NCBI GenBank assembly: GCA_014729495.1
Contig: WJJV01000048.1
Span: forward strand, 1-37,271
From: Candidatus Woesearchaeota archaeon
Lineage (GTDB): Archaea > Nanobdellota > Nanobdellia > Woesearchaeales > UBA12501
Length of the DNA stretch: 37,271 nt
Direction of reading: 5' to 3'
The notes under the pieces were generated by a model. It did not search any database. It was not told the origin of the DNA and worked only from the letters and a program-made list of their open reading frames with translations. Shown one piece after another: positions 8,671 to 16,712 of the stretch; the first letter of the stretch is position 1, and every line of letters begins with the position of its first letter. A program made the translations under genes and the position numbers.

Positions 8671-9135
8671 ATGATGTTCAGGACTCATATTGCAATAGGG
8701 TTTCTTGCAGGACTGCTTCTTATACAGGCATGGAATCCTCAGAACCAGATACTGTTCATGTTTCTGATACTCCTGGGATCAGCCCTGCCTGATATAGACC
8801 ATCCTGATTCCAAGATAGGAAGTAAAGTAAAGGCTGTATCATTCCTATTTGAGCATAGGGGATTCTTCCACAGTCTTTTTGCAGCATTGATGATATTTCT
8901 TTTGCTTGCTTATTATGTCAGTGGCCTGACCTATGGAATATACATAGCAGCTGTGGCTATTGGATACCTGCTTCACATGCTCGCTGATTCTTTGACAAGA
9001 GAGGGAATAATGCCCTTCCATCCAATATCAAGATTCAGGCTCAGGGGTCCTATGAGGACTGGCAGGATGGTGGAATATATAATATTCATCTGCTTCATAG
9101 CTCTGGGCATATGGAAAATGTTCACATTCCACTGA
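8671..9135 (+). CDS. YdjM-family membrane-bound metal-dependent hydrolase
   Basis: RTH, LPDIDH, HRGFFHS and HMLADSLT..G motifs; several TM helices. Confidence 0.85.
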   Translation: MMFRTHIAIGFLAGLLLIQAWNPQNQILFMFLILLGSALPDIDHPDSKIGSKVKAVSFLFEHRGFFHSLFAALMIFLLLAYYVSGLTYGIYIAAVAIGYLLHMLADSLTREGIMPFHPISRFRLRGPMRTGRMVEYIIFICFIALGIWKMFTFH

Positions 9136-9284
9136 TTCTTTATTCTTTAATCTGCTATAATCATCTGCTGTGATCTGATGCACTGGACAAAGCTAGTTTA
9201 TGTCCAAGGAGGCTTAGGTGCTTAATTTATGGCATCAGAAGCAATAATCATGCCTCACTGGACACTAGACATGCTGTGATGAGA

Positions 9285-9293
9285 TATTTAAAT
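9285..9293 (+). promoter_or_regulatory. TATA box for small SSB-like gene/radA transcript
   Basis: TATTTAAAT about 25-30 nt upstream of the structured leader that starts near 9315. Confidence 0.55.
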
Positions 9294-9314
9294 GATTCTG
9301 GGGATTAAACAATT

Positions 9315-9389
9315 ACTCCGTCCTGGAGCACCTGCATCTGCAGGGAGCTCAAAACAGGATTGAAAGAAAATGCGAAAGCAAGGAGGTGG
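9315..9389 (+). ncRNA. Candidate structured cis-regulatory 5' leader (three-way junction sequestering the SD)
   Basis: Pairings: CTCC 9316-19/GGAG 9382-85; TCCTG 9321-25/CAGGA 9355-59; GAGC/GCTC; CCTGC-ATCT-GCAGG; TGC-GAAA-GCA GNRA hairpin. Confidence 0.5.
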
Positions 9390-9394
9390 TTGTT

Positions 9395-9682
9395 ATGACA
9401 ACCCAAACAAACACAAGTGGAGCCAAGAACCTGCCTGAAGCAAAGTTCAGTGCAGGAGGCATATTTGCTACTGTGTGGAAAAACACAGCAAGCAACAAGG
9501 AAGGAAAGGAGATAGAATACAGTACTATCTCTATAGAAAGAAGGTACAAGGACAGGAATGATGAATGGAAGAGCACAAACTCGATGAGGCAGACTGACCT
9601 TCCGAAAGCTGTTGTTGTACTTCAGAAAGCGTACGAGCACCTTGTCCTCAAGGGGCAGTCCAACACAGGAGAGATCGCATGA
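9395..9682 (+). CDS. Small conserved protein, putative ssDNA-binding (PC4/SpoVG-like beta-sheet plus helix)
   Basis: SD GGAGGTGG at 9382-9389. Pattern PEAKFSAGGIFATVWKN..TISIERRYKD..WKSTNS..DLPKA..LQKAYE. Lies directly upstream of radA. Function is inference. Confidence 0.65.
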   Translation: MTTQTNTSGAKNLPEAKFSAGGIFATVWKNTASNKEGKEIEYSTISIERRYKDRNDEWKSTNSMRQTDLPKAVVVLQKAYEHLVLKGQSNTGEIA

Positions 9683-9715
9683 TCTCTCCACAACATTAAT
9701 AAAAAGGTGATGCTA

Positions 9716-10798
9716 ATGGCTAAACAGAAGATGAAAGAAAATGATGAAAGTAATGTAGAAGAGAACCTGCCTGAACAGGAATCTGAGGAAAATAACAAAG
9801 ATTCTAACAAGGATTCTCAGGAAGCAGAAGAGATAAAGATAGATGCATCTGAGGAAGTGATGAAAAAAGCAGGAGTGGAGGACCTTCCAGGAGTTGGTGC
9901 AGCTACAGCGCAGAAGCTTCAGGAAGGAGGATTCAGTGACCTCATGGCGATTGCTGTCGCTTCTCCAGGAGAAATAGTGGATACTACAGGAATATCAGAG
10001 CAGGTCGCAAGGAAGATGATCAATGCAGCCAGGAATAATCTTGACATGGGATTTGAGTCTGGCGAAGAACTTCTTAAGAGAAGAGAGAAAGTAATGAAGA
10101 TAAACACAGGAAGCGAATCATTCGACGAGCTTCTTGGAGGAGGCTTCGAGACTTCAGCCATTGTTGAATGCTTTGGAGAGTTCGGATCAGGAAAGACCCA
10201 GGTTGGACATCTGCTTGCAGTAAACTGCCAGAAGGCTGACCCTGAAGCAGTGGCTGTATACATTGATACTGAGAACACCTTCAGGCCTGAGAGGATAAAG
10301 CAGCTTGCAAAAGGAGCTGGCATTGATCCAAAAAAAGCTCTGGCAAACATCAAAGTGGCAAAGGCATACAACTCTGACCACCAGATGCTGCTTGCAGAGA
10401 AGGTAGAGGACCTTATAAAGAAGGATAACCATAAAGTCAGGGTAATCATAGTGGATTCCTTGACAGCGCACTTCAGGGCTGAATTTGTGGGCAGAGGAAC
10501 TCTTGCAGAGAGGCAGCAGAAACTCAACAAGCATATGCACATACTTCTCAAACTTGCAGATAATCACAATGTGTGTGTTTATGTCACCAACCAGGTTATG
10601 TCAAAGCCTGATGTGTTCTTTGGGGATCCTACCCAGGCAATAGGAGGCCATATTGTTGCTCATGCATCAACTTTCAGGGTCTATCTCAGGAAAGGCAAGA
10701 AAGGCAGCAGAGTGGCTAAGCTTATTGACAGCCCGAACCTGGCTGACGGAGAATGCGCATTCTTTGTTGAGGAAGGCGGACTTAAGGACATCAACTGA
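9716..10798 (+). CDS. radA: DNA repair and recombination protein RadA
   Basis: HhH DLPGVG, FxxG polymerisation motif, Walker A GEFGSGKT, Walker B IIVDS, LAERQQKL, GGHIVAH. SD AGGTGA before ATG 9716. Confidence 0.97.
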   Translation: MAKQKMKENDESNVEENLPEQESEENNKDSNKDSQEAEEIKIDASEEVMKKAGVEDLPGVGAATAQKLQEGGFSDLMAIAVASPGEIVDTTGISEQVARKMINAARNNLDMGFESGEELLKRREKVMKINTGSESFDELLGGGFETSAIVECFGEFGSGKTQVGHLLAVNCQKADPEAVAVYIDTENTFRPERIKQLAKGAGIDPKKALANIKVAKAYNSDHQMLLAEKVEDLIKKDNHKVRVIIVDSLTAHFRAEFVGRGTLAERQQKLNKHMHILLKLADNHNVCVYVTNQVMSKPDVFFGDPTQAIGGHIVAHASTFRVYLRKGKKGSRVAKLIDSPNLADGECAFFVEEGGLKDIN

Positions 10799-10834
10799 TT
10801 TCTTTTATTTTTCTTTCTGTTTTTTGATTTTTTG
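10799..10834 (+). terminator. Archaeal oligo-T terminator after radA
   Basis: Multiple T-tracts immediately after the stop codon. Confidence 0.6.
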
Positions 10835-10917
10835 CATTACATTTATAAATCAGGGATTCATCCCTAAGCTTATGCGCTTAGCGCAGATTTAAATAAGTTG
10901 GAAAGGTGAAATAGGAA

Positions 10918-11328
10918 ATGCATTACAGAGAAGGCGGCCAGGGAGGTGCGCCAGGAGACGTTCCGGTGAATGAAGGAGATGAGCTGGAAGTAAATATAGA
11001 GGCTGTCGGCGAGAAAGGCGACGGCATTGCAAAGAAAGACGGCTTTGTCTTGTTTGTGCCCAACACAAAGGAAGGCGAAGCAGTGAAAGTTAGAGTAACA
11101 AAGGTTCTGAGAAAAGTTGGATTCGCTGAAGTCATAGGCAGATCTGAGTCTCCAGGACAGCCAGAAAAATCTGCGCCTCAGGCTCCTCAACAGGAAGAGC
11201 ATATTGAGGATACTGAAGATTTCGGCGAGGAACCAGAAGAATCCCAGTCTTCAGAGTCTGAAATGCCAGAGCCTCCTGAGGAAGAGAAGGATTTCGTTGA
11301 CGAAGAGACAGAAGAAGTAAAGCAATGA
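10918..11328 (+). CDS. Single-TRAM-domain RNA-binding protein with acidic tail
   Basis: PVNEGDELEVNIEAVGEKGDGIAKKDGFVLFVPNTKEGEAVKVRVTKV is the archaeal stand-alone TRAM pattern. Confidence 0.92.
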   Translation: MHYREGGQGGAPGDVPVNEGDELEVNIEAVGEKGDGIAKKDGFVLFVPNTKEGEAVKVRVTKVLRKVGFAEVIGRSESPGQPEKSAPQAPQQEEHIEDTEDFGEEPEESQSSESEMPEPPEEEKDFVDEETEEVKQ

Positions 11329-11375
11329 GCTTCTGCTCAGCAATATTTAAATAGTTCTTTTTTTATTTTATTATT

Positions 11376-11903
11376 ATGAGATTGTTCATAGGATTTGATG
11401 CCAGCCAGGAGGCTGAGCATGAGCTTCTCAATGCCCAGAAGAAAATAGAGAATGCTAAGATTAACCTTGTGAAGGATTTCCATCTGACACTGAAGTTTCT
11501 TGGAGAGGTTGATGATGACAAGTCTGGAGAGATAGAGGAAAGGCTTAGAAAGATCAGTTTTGGTTCTTTTAAAGCAGAGCTTGGAGGCATTGGTGTTTTT
11601 CCTTCTGAGAATCATGTCAAGGTCATCTGGATAGGGTTGGAGCCAAAGGATAAGATAATTGGATTGCAGAGAAAGATTGAGGAGGCATTGCAGGGCATGT
11701 TTCCTAAGGACATGAGATTCCATCCCCATATCACCCTGGCCAGGGTGAAGACTGTTGAGGACAAGGAGGCATTCAAGGAGAACCTGAAGAATATCAGGAT
11801 AGAGAGAATCAGGTTCAAGGTGGATAAGTTCAAGCTGATTAAGAGCGCACTGACACCTGATGGGCCGGTCTATGAGGTTCTGGAGGAGTATAATAGCAAT
11901 TAA
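11376..11903 (+). CDS. thpR: RNA 2',3'-cyclic phosphodiesterase (2'-5' RNA ligase, 2H family)
   Basis: MRLFIG, HLTLKFLGE and HPHITLARVK (two HxT motifs), LTPDGPVYE. Confidence 0.95.
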   Translation: MRLFIGFDASQEAEHELLNAQKKIENAKINLVKDFHLTLKFLGEVDDDKSGEIEERLRKISFGSFKAELGGIGVFPSENHVKVIWIGLEPKDKIIGLQRKIEEALQGMFPKDMRFHPHITLARVKTVEDKEAFKENLKNIRIERIRFKVDKFKLIKSALTPDGPVYEVLEEYNSN

Positions 11904-11940
11904 AAACATTTTTAAATGAGCTCTTAATTCTAAGTCTTAT

Positions 11941-12070
11941 AGCCAAATTACAAGGAATGGCCCTTGCAGTGCATGAGGGACCTTGTATATGCTGATGAGG
12001 CAAGAGAAACTCAGCAATATAGCTTAATTCTATATTGCATATTGATCATCATGGATACGGCTTAGGAGGG
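11941..12070 (+). ncRNA. Candidate structured rps2 leader (r-leader)
   Basis: TATA TTTTTAAAT near 11909-11917. Stems TACAAGG/CCTTGTA, CCCT/AGGG, TGCTGA/TCAGCA, GCAATATAG/CTATATTGC; AGCC/GGCT closes next to SD AGGAGGG. Confidence 0.45.
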
Positions 12071-12076
12071 ATTATA

Positions 12077-12667
12077 ATGGCAGAACAGGAGAAACTACTG
12101 GTGCCCATAGATGAATATCTTAAGGCAGGAATACATATAGGAACAAAGTTCAAGACAAAGTACATGGAGAGCTTCATCTATAAGGCAAGGGCTGACGGTC
12201 TTTTTGTGCTGAATCTTCAAAAGATAGATGAAAGGCTGGATATTGCAGCAAGCATGCTGGCAAGATACGCTCCAGAAGAGATCATAATCTCCAGCAGGAG
12301 AGAGAACAGCTGGAAGGCGGTCAAAGCTTTCGGAGCTGCCACTGGGATACGGGTCTTTGCAGGAAGGTATCCTCCAGGCATTCTCACAAATCCCCAGCTT
12401 GAGGACTTCATAGAGATAAAACTTATGATGGTGACTGACACATGGCCTGACAGGAATGCTGTAAAGGATGCCGTGATAATGGGAATACCGATAATAGCTC
12501 TTTGTGATACAAACAATCAGGCTAACAACATTGATTTTGTGCTTCCATGCAATAACAAGGGAAAGAAGGCTCTTGGACTCCTGTTCTGGATTCTTGCAAA
12601 GGAGTACATAAGAAGGAAAGGTCTTCCTGAGAAAGAGCTCAAGCTTGAGGATTTTGTTGAAGAGTAA
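12077..12667 (+). CDS. rps2: 30S ribosomal protein S2 (uS2)
   Basis: YLKAGIHIGTK, GRYPPGILTNP, IPIIALCDT, PCNNKGKKALGL. SD AGGAGGG at 12064-12070 favours ATG 12077 over TTG 12035. Confidence 0.96.
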   Translation: MAEQEKLLVPIDEYLKAGIHIGTKFKTKYMESFIYKARADGLFVLNLQKIDERLDIAASMLARYAPEEIIISSRRENSWKAVKAFGAATGIRVFAGRYPPGILTNPQLEDFIEIKLMMVTDTWPDRNAVKDAVIMGIPIIALCDTNNQANNIDFVLPCNNKGKKALGLLFWILAKEYIRRKGLPEKELKLEDFVEE

Positions 12668-12727
12668 GGGGCATATCATATCATGCTGCTATGGAGCAAA
12701 GGAAGGTCCTATGAGGATATCCTCAGG

Positions 12728-13417
12728 TCATTCAGCTCCATAGACCCCATCTTCTCTTATCTCAAGCAGTACTGACTTTGATTCAGGAAGCGACCTGTGC
12801 TTCTTGAGCATCACAAGCCGCTTGTTCTTGTGTGATTTCTGCAGCTCAATGAGGCATTTGCTGCCATATTTGACTATGTCTCCTCCGACAAGATTCACTT
12901 TCTCTCTCTCATCAAAAGAGCTGTACACCTGTGTGGTTATCATCACAGGAATCTCTTTTTTCCTGGCTATCTCTGTAAGATAAGAGAACTGAAGCCCTAG
13001 CTCCCTATTAGTGAGGGAAACAGCATTCTCACTTCCTTTATCCCTCTCTATCCTGTAGAGCATAGATATGGTGTCCACTATGATCAGGCCTACCTGCTCG
13101 TTTGTAATCTGCCTTAGCCTGTCAAAAACCTTCTTCTGCTCATCAAAGTTCATAGGCTTGAGCAGGAGTATCCTCTCAAATATGCTCTTGTAATCATTTG
13201 ACAGCTGTTTCAGCCTGGCGACAGAGAAGCTTCCTTCTGTATCAATGAATATGACCTTCTTTCCGCTCTTGATGACATTTATCATAGCAAGAAGGCAGAG
13301 GTTTGTCTTGCCAGAGCCTGCAGGACCATATATTGTGGATATGGTGTCAGTCTCATAACCCCCTTCCAGCATACTGTCCAGAGCAGTTATTCCTGTAGAT
13401 ATCCTTTTTAACCCCAT
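12728..13417 (-). CDS. radB: DNA repair protein RadB
   Basis: No N-terminal HhH; Walker A GPAGSGKT, FIDTEG, IIVDT; C-terminal KHRS motif diagnostic of RadB. Confidence 0.93.
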   Translation of the reverse strand: MGLKRISTGITALDSMLEGGYETDTISTIYGPAGSGKTNLCLLAMINVIKSGKKVIFIDTEGSFSVARLKQLSNDYKSIFERILLLKPMNFDEQKKVFDRLRQITNEQVGLIIVDTISMLYRIERDKGSENAVSLTNRELGLQFSYLTEIARKKEIPVMITTQVYSSFDEREKVNLVGGDIVKYGSKCLIELQKSHKNKRLVMLKKHRSLPESKSVLLEIREDGVYGAE

Positions 13418-13516
13418 TATCTAAACAACCCCTATTATATACATAATTATTCTTAATGAAAGTAATTTATATATCTTTCTAAAAATATATATATTAAGCA
13501 GGACAGGATTATCTGA

Positions 13517-15004
13517 ATGAGGCATGGCAGGTACATAATCACAGCTATATTCATTCTTACCCTAGCTGCAAGGCTGATAATATCATTTCAGACACCATTC
13601 TTCACAGGAGATGAATCATATTTCTCAATAAGGCAGGCAGAGCACATAAGCCAGAATGCCCTTCCGATCTATGATGATGAACTAAGTTACAGTGGAAGAG
13701 AGAATATATTCATGCCCCTTTTCTACTATCTGCTGGCTTTCTTCAATCTTTTCATGCCAATAGGCCTTGTGGGCAAGATAATCCCAAACATCCTTGTGTC
13801 TCTGAATGTGATTCTTGTATATGTTATTGCCATGCATATCAGCAATGATGAAGGGGCTTCGTTATTCTCTGCATTTGTGGCTGGATTCATCCCTGTATTC
13901 TTCAGGGAGACAGTCAACACAATATCACCCTATACCATTTTCTTTCCTTTGATGCTGTTCATGATATATTGTTTCCTCAGGCTAGAACAGCATCCATTTG
14001 CCCATCTTTTCCTTGCCAGCCTTTTTCTCATGACACTGACATCTCCTGCAGTGATAATAGTCCTGCTCGCTTTGATATTTTATATGGGTCTGGTGCAGCT
14101 TGAGAATCTGAAGCAGAACAAGAGAGAGGTTGAGATGACCCTTTTCTCAATCTTATTTGTGGTCTGGATTCTGTTCATAGTTTACAAGAAAGCCTTTCTT
14201 ATGCATGGTCCAGATGTGATATGGCAGAATATACCTGCAGGAATACTTGACAGGTACTTCATAGACATCACTATACTGGGAGCAATATACCAGATAGGAT
14301 CTCTTCCCCTGTCCTATGGGATATATTCAATATATGACCATCTTTTCAGGAAAAAAGAGAGGAAGTATTATCTGATAATAGGGCTTGTCTTCTCTTCAGC
14401 GCTGCTTCTTTGGCTGAAGCTTATAGAGATCCAGCTCGGCTTGATGTGCCTAGGCATAGCAGTCACGCTTCTTTTCCCAAAATTCTATAAATACACCTTT
14501 CAATACATAAAGAAGACCCGCTTTGCCAAGCTGAGATTCGCTTATTTTGCTGTGCTCCTGGCAGCTTTCCTGGCCACATCTGTAGTGCCTTCAGTGATTT
14601 ATGGTCTTAGAGCGACAGATGATGCAATAACCCCTGATGAATACGGGGCAATGATATGGCTCAGGAAGAATACTGATCAGGATGCGGTAGTGATGTCACC
14701 CATGCGGGAAGGCATGATCATCACAACAATAGCTGAGAGGAGAAACATTGCTGACAGCAATTTCATGCTCTTAGATGATGCAGAGAAAAGATTCAATGAC
14801 ATAAAAGATGCTTATACAACAGGGTTTGAGATAAAGGCTCTTGAGGTGTTTGATAAGTATGATGTTGATTATATATATTTCTCTGATTACAGCAAAGATT
14901 ATTTTGAGACTTCCAACCTGGAGTACACTTCCCATGAGGAATGTTTTGAAGAGGCATACAATCAGGGAGCTATGATTTATAAGGTGATGTGTGAACTAAG
15001 ATGA
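13517..15004 (+). CDS. GT-C-fold polytopic membrane glycosyltransferase (AglB/STT3- or PMT-like)
   Basis: First loop GDESYFSIRQ, about 11-13 TM helices, soluble C-domain WLRKNT..VVMS..KYDVDYIY. Confidence 0.7.
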   Translation: MRHGRYIITAIFILTLAARLIISFQTPFFTGDESYFSIRQAEHISQNALPIYDDELSYSGRENIFMPLFYYLLAFFNLFMPIGLVGKIIPNILVSLNVILVYVIAMHISNDEGASLFSAFVAGFIPVFFRETVNTISPYTIFFPLMLFMIYCFLRLEQHPFAHLFLASLFLMTLTSPAVIIVLLALIFYMGLVQLENLKQNKREVEMTLFSILFVVWILFIVYKKAFLMHGPDVIWQNIPAGILDRYFIDITILGAIYQIGSLPLSYGIYSIYDHLFRKKERKYYLIIGLVFSSALLLWLKLIEIQLGLMCLGIAVTLLFPKFYKYTFQYIKKTRFAKLRFAYFAVLLAAFLATSVVPSVIYGLRATDDAITPDEYGAMIWLRKNTDQDAVVMSPMREGMIITTIAERRNIADSNFMLLDDAEKRFNDIKDAYTTGFEIKALEVFDKYDVDYIYFSDYSKDYFETSNLEYTSHEECFEEAYNQGAMIYKVMCELR

Positions 15005-16434
15005 AGAATGAAAAAAGAATACTTAACATAATATCTATAATCATGGTAGTTACAGTATTCATAATCCTGCCTCAGCTGATGAGGCTCAATGACGGCAATG
15101 CCACAATCATGGGTGAAGAACCTTACTATCATGCCCTTGCTGCAGAGAGCATTGGAGGCAAAAGCAGCATACAGAGAGAACCCCCATTAAGCTCAGATGA
15201 ATATATTCATATAACGCCTTACCACCTGCTTATAGCAGGCACATCCAATATTACAGGAATGGATTTCGCTTTGAGAATGATTCCATTGATATGCGGAATT
15301 TTCTCTGGAGTTCTATTCTTTCTCATATTGAAGCGACTAGGACTGAATGACTTTATAAGCAAAGCATCTGTTGTATTACTGGCTTCAGCTCCGGTTTTTG
15401 TGTTCTCATTCATAGCTACCCAGGATTCTTTTGCAATAGTTCTCAGTCTTGCCGGAGCCTACTTTTTCCTCAAAAATAAGAGATTTGGTGTTATCCTGTC
15501 AGCCTTGTTTTTTGGGCTTGCTTCTATGTTCAGCCTGTTCAACATGCTCCTGATAATAGTATCCCTTCTGGCATTCTCTTTCAGCCAGAAGAAGATGCAG
15601 AGAAGATCCATGTTTCTTATGATGATATCTCTGATAGCTTACTCAATTAATCCCGGCCCAATATTCTATAATCTTTTTATGCTGTCTCCCAATGCATTGA
15701 AACAGGCAATATCTGATATCGGAGGCATACTGGGCATTGGGATCTTCTATGCTATTCTTGCATTGATAGGTTTTGCCCTTACCTGGAAAGATATAGGAAA
15801 GTACAAGGCAGTCTATGCTGTTCTTGCATTCTTTGCAGCAGGATTCTATTTTGCAGGAAGCCATATCCTTATGTATGCAAATTTCATTATTGCTTTCCTG
15901 GCTGCAGTGGCACTTGAGAGATTAAATCAAAGAAAGTGGGATATGCAGATGATAAAGAACTTCACATTCTTCATAATAGCCTGCGGTATACTCTTCTCTT
16001 TCATATCTTATTCTGCAAGGATATCCCTTATGCCTCCGAACCAAGAGATTGAGGAAGGGCTTATATGGCTGGGTGATAATTCAAGAGAGGACAGTATTGT
16101 GGCATCGCATTACAGCAATGGATACTACATAGAATATTATTCAAGACTGGAGGCTCTGATAGACAGCAGCATGCTGCATCATGAAAGGCCTGAATCAGTA
16201 TTCCTTGACGCATATGATCTCTTCCACGCCACTGAGATGGGCAGAGCTAGGGCAATAATTGAGAGATATGACATAAAATATATAATGATAACCGATGACA
16301 TGGTCAGGGGAGATGTCTGGCAGGAGGATGGTGAAGGATTGCTGAGGCTTCTTGATAATAAAGAGGTATTCAGCATGGCATATGATTCAGATGAGATTGA
16401 AGTCTGGAGATACATTGAACCATTAAGCCAGTAA
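15001..16434 (+). CDS. GT-C-fold polytopic membrane glycosyltransferase (AglB/STT3-like), paralog of the upstream gene
   Basis: GEEPYYH loop, many TMs, WLGDNS..IVASHYSNGYYI..RYDIKYI. ATGA overlap with the previous gene. Confidence 0.7.
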   Translation: MKNEKRILNIISIIMVVTVFIILPQLMRLNDGNATIMGEEPYYHALAAESIGGKSSIQREPPLSSDEYIHITPYHLLIAGTSNITGMDFALRMIPLICGIFSGVLFFLILKRLGLNDFISKASVVLLASAPVFVFSFIATQDSFAIVLSLAGAYFFLKNKRFGVILSALFFGLASMFSLFNMLLIIVSLLAFSFSQKKMQRRSMFLMMISLIAYSINPGPIFYNLFMLSPNALKQAISDIGGILGIGIFYAILALIGFALTWKDIGKYKAVYAVLAFFAAGFYFAGSHILMYANFIIAFLAAVALERLNQRKWDMQMIKNFTFFIIACGILFSFISYSARISLMPPNQEIEEGLIWLGDNSREDSIVASHYSNGYYIEYYSRLEALIDSSMLHHERPESVFLDAYDLFHATEMGRARAIIERYDIKYIMITDDMVRGDVWQEDGEGLLRLLDNKEVFSMAYDSDEIEVWRYIEPLSQ

Positions 16435-16461
16435 CAGCTTAGCTCATAATATCAATAATAA

Positions 16462-16689
16462 TAAAAATTGCCTGTTTCATTTATAAGCAATCCCTATCCC
16501 CAACCTAAAGGTTGGGGTATTACAGGATTGCATTTTACACAGGCAATTTTTAGTCTTGAAAATGGCACCTCTCGCACTAAAGTGCGGGGTATTACTTGCG
16601 AACTTGTTCGCAAGTCTGATAATCCCAGACGAGCCTGAGAGTCGGGATTATCTTTAAACCCAATGAAAATAGCTTGGTGCCATTTTCAA
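16462..16689. repeat. Two adjacent nested inverted-repeat units, each with an IS200/IS605-end-like hairpin (REP/PATE-like)
   Basis: Perfect 14-bp IRs at 16462-16475/16539-16552 and 16556-16569/16676-16689. Shared inner motif CCCCAACC-TAAA-GGTTGGGG-TATTAC and CTCGCAC-TAAA-GTGCGGGG-TATTAC. Confidence 0.75.
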
Positions 16690-16712
16690 TAGATATCAGC
16701 TATGGATTAAGA

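Noticed and set aside
11992-12015. Hammerhead ribozyme core (CTGATGA...GAAAC)
   Set aside because: The intervening GGCAAGA cannot form stem II, and no stem I/III arrangement with a cleavage triplet was found.
9305-12679. Long antisense ORFs (9305-9691, 9919-10551, 11337-11909, 12095-12679) and similar shadows elsewhere
   Set aside because: They lie opposite well-supported genes, have no motifs, and are expected from codon bias.
12712-12725. Perfect palindrome TGAGGATATCCTCA
   Set aside because: Single copy between convergent stops; most simply a terminator or stability hairpin.
16462-16689. CRISPR array or intact IS element
   Set aside because: Only two dissimilar units with no repeat-spacer periodicity, and no cas or transposase ORF in the window.
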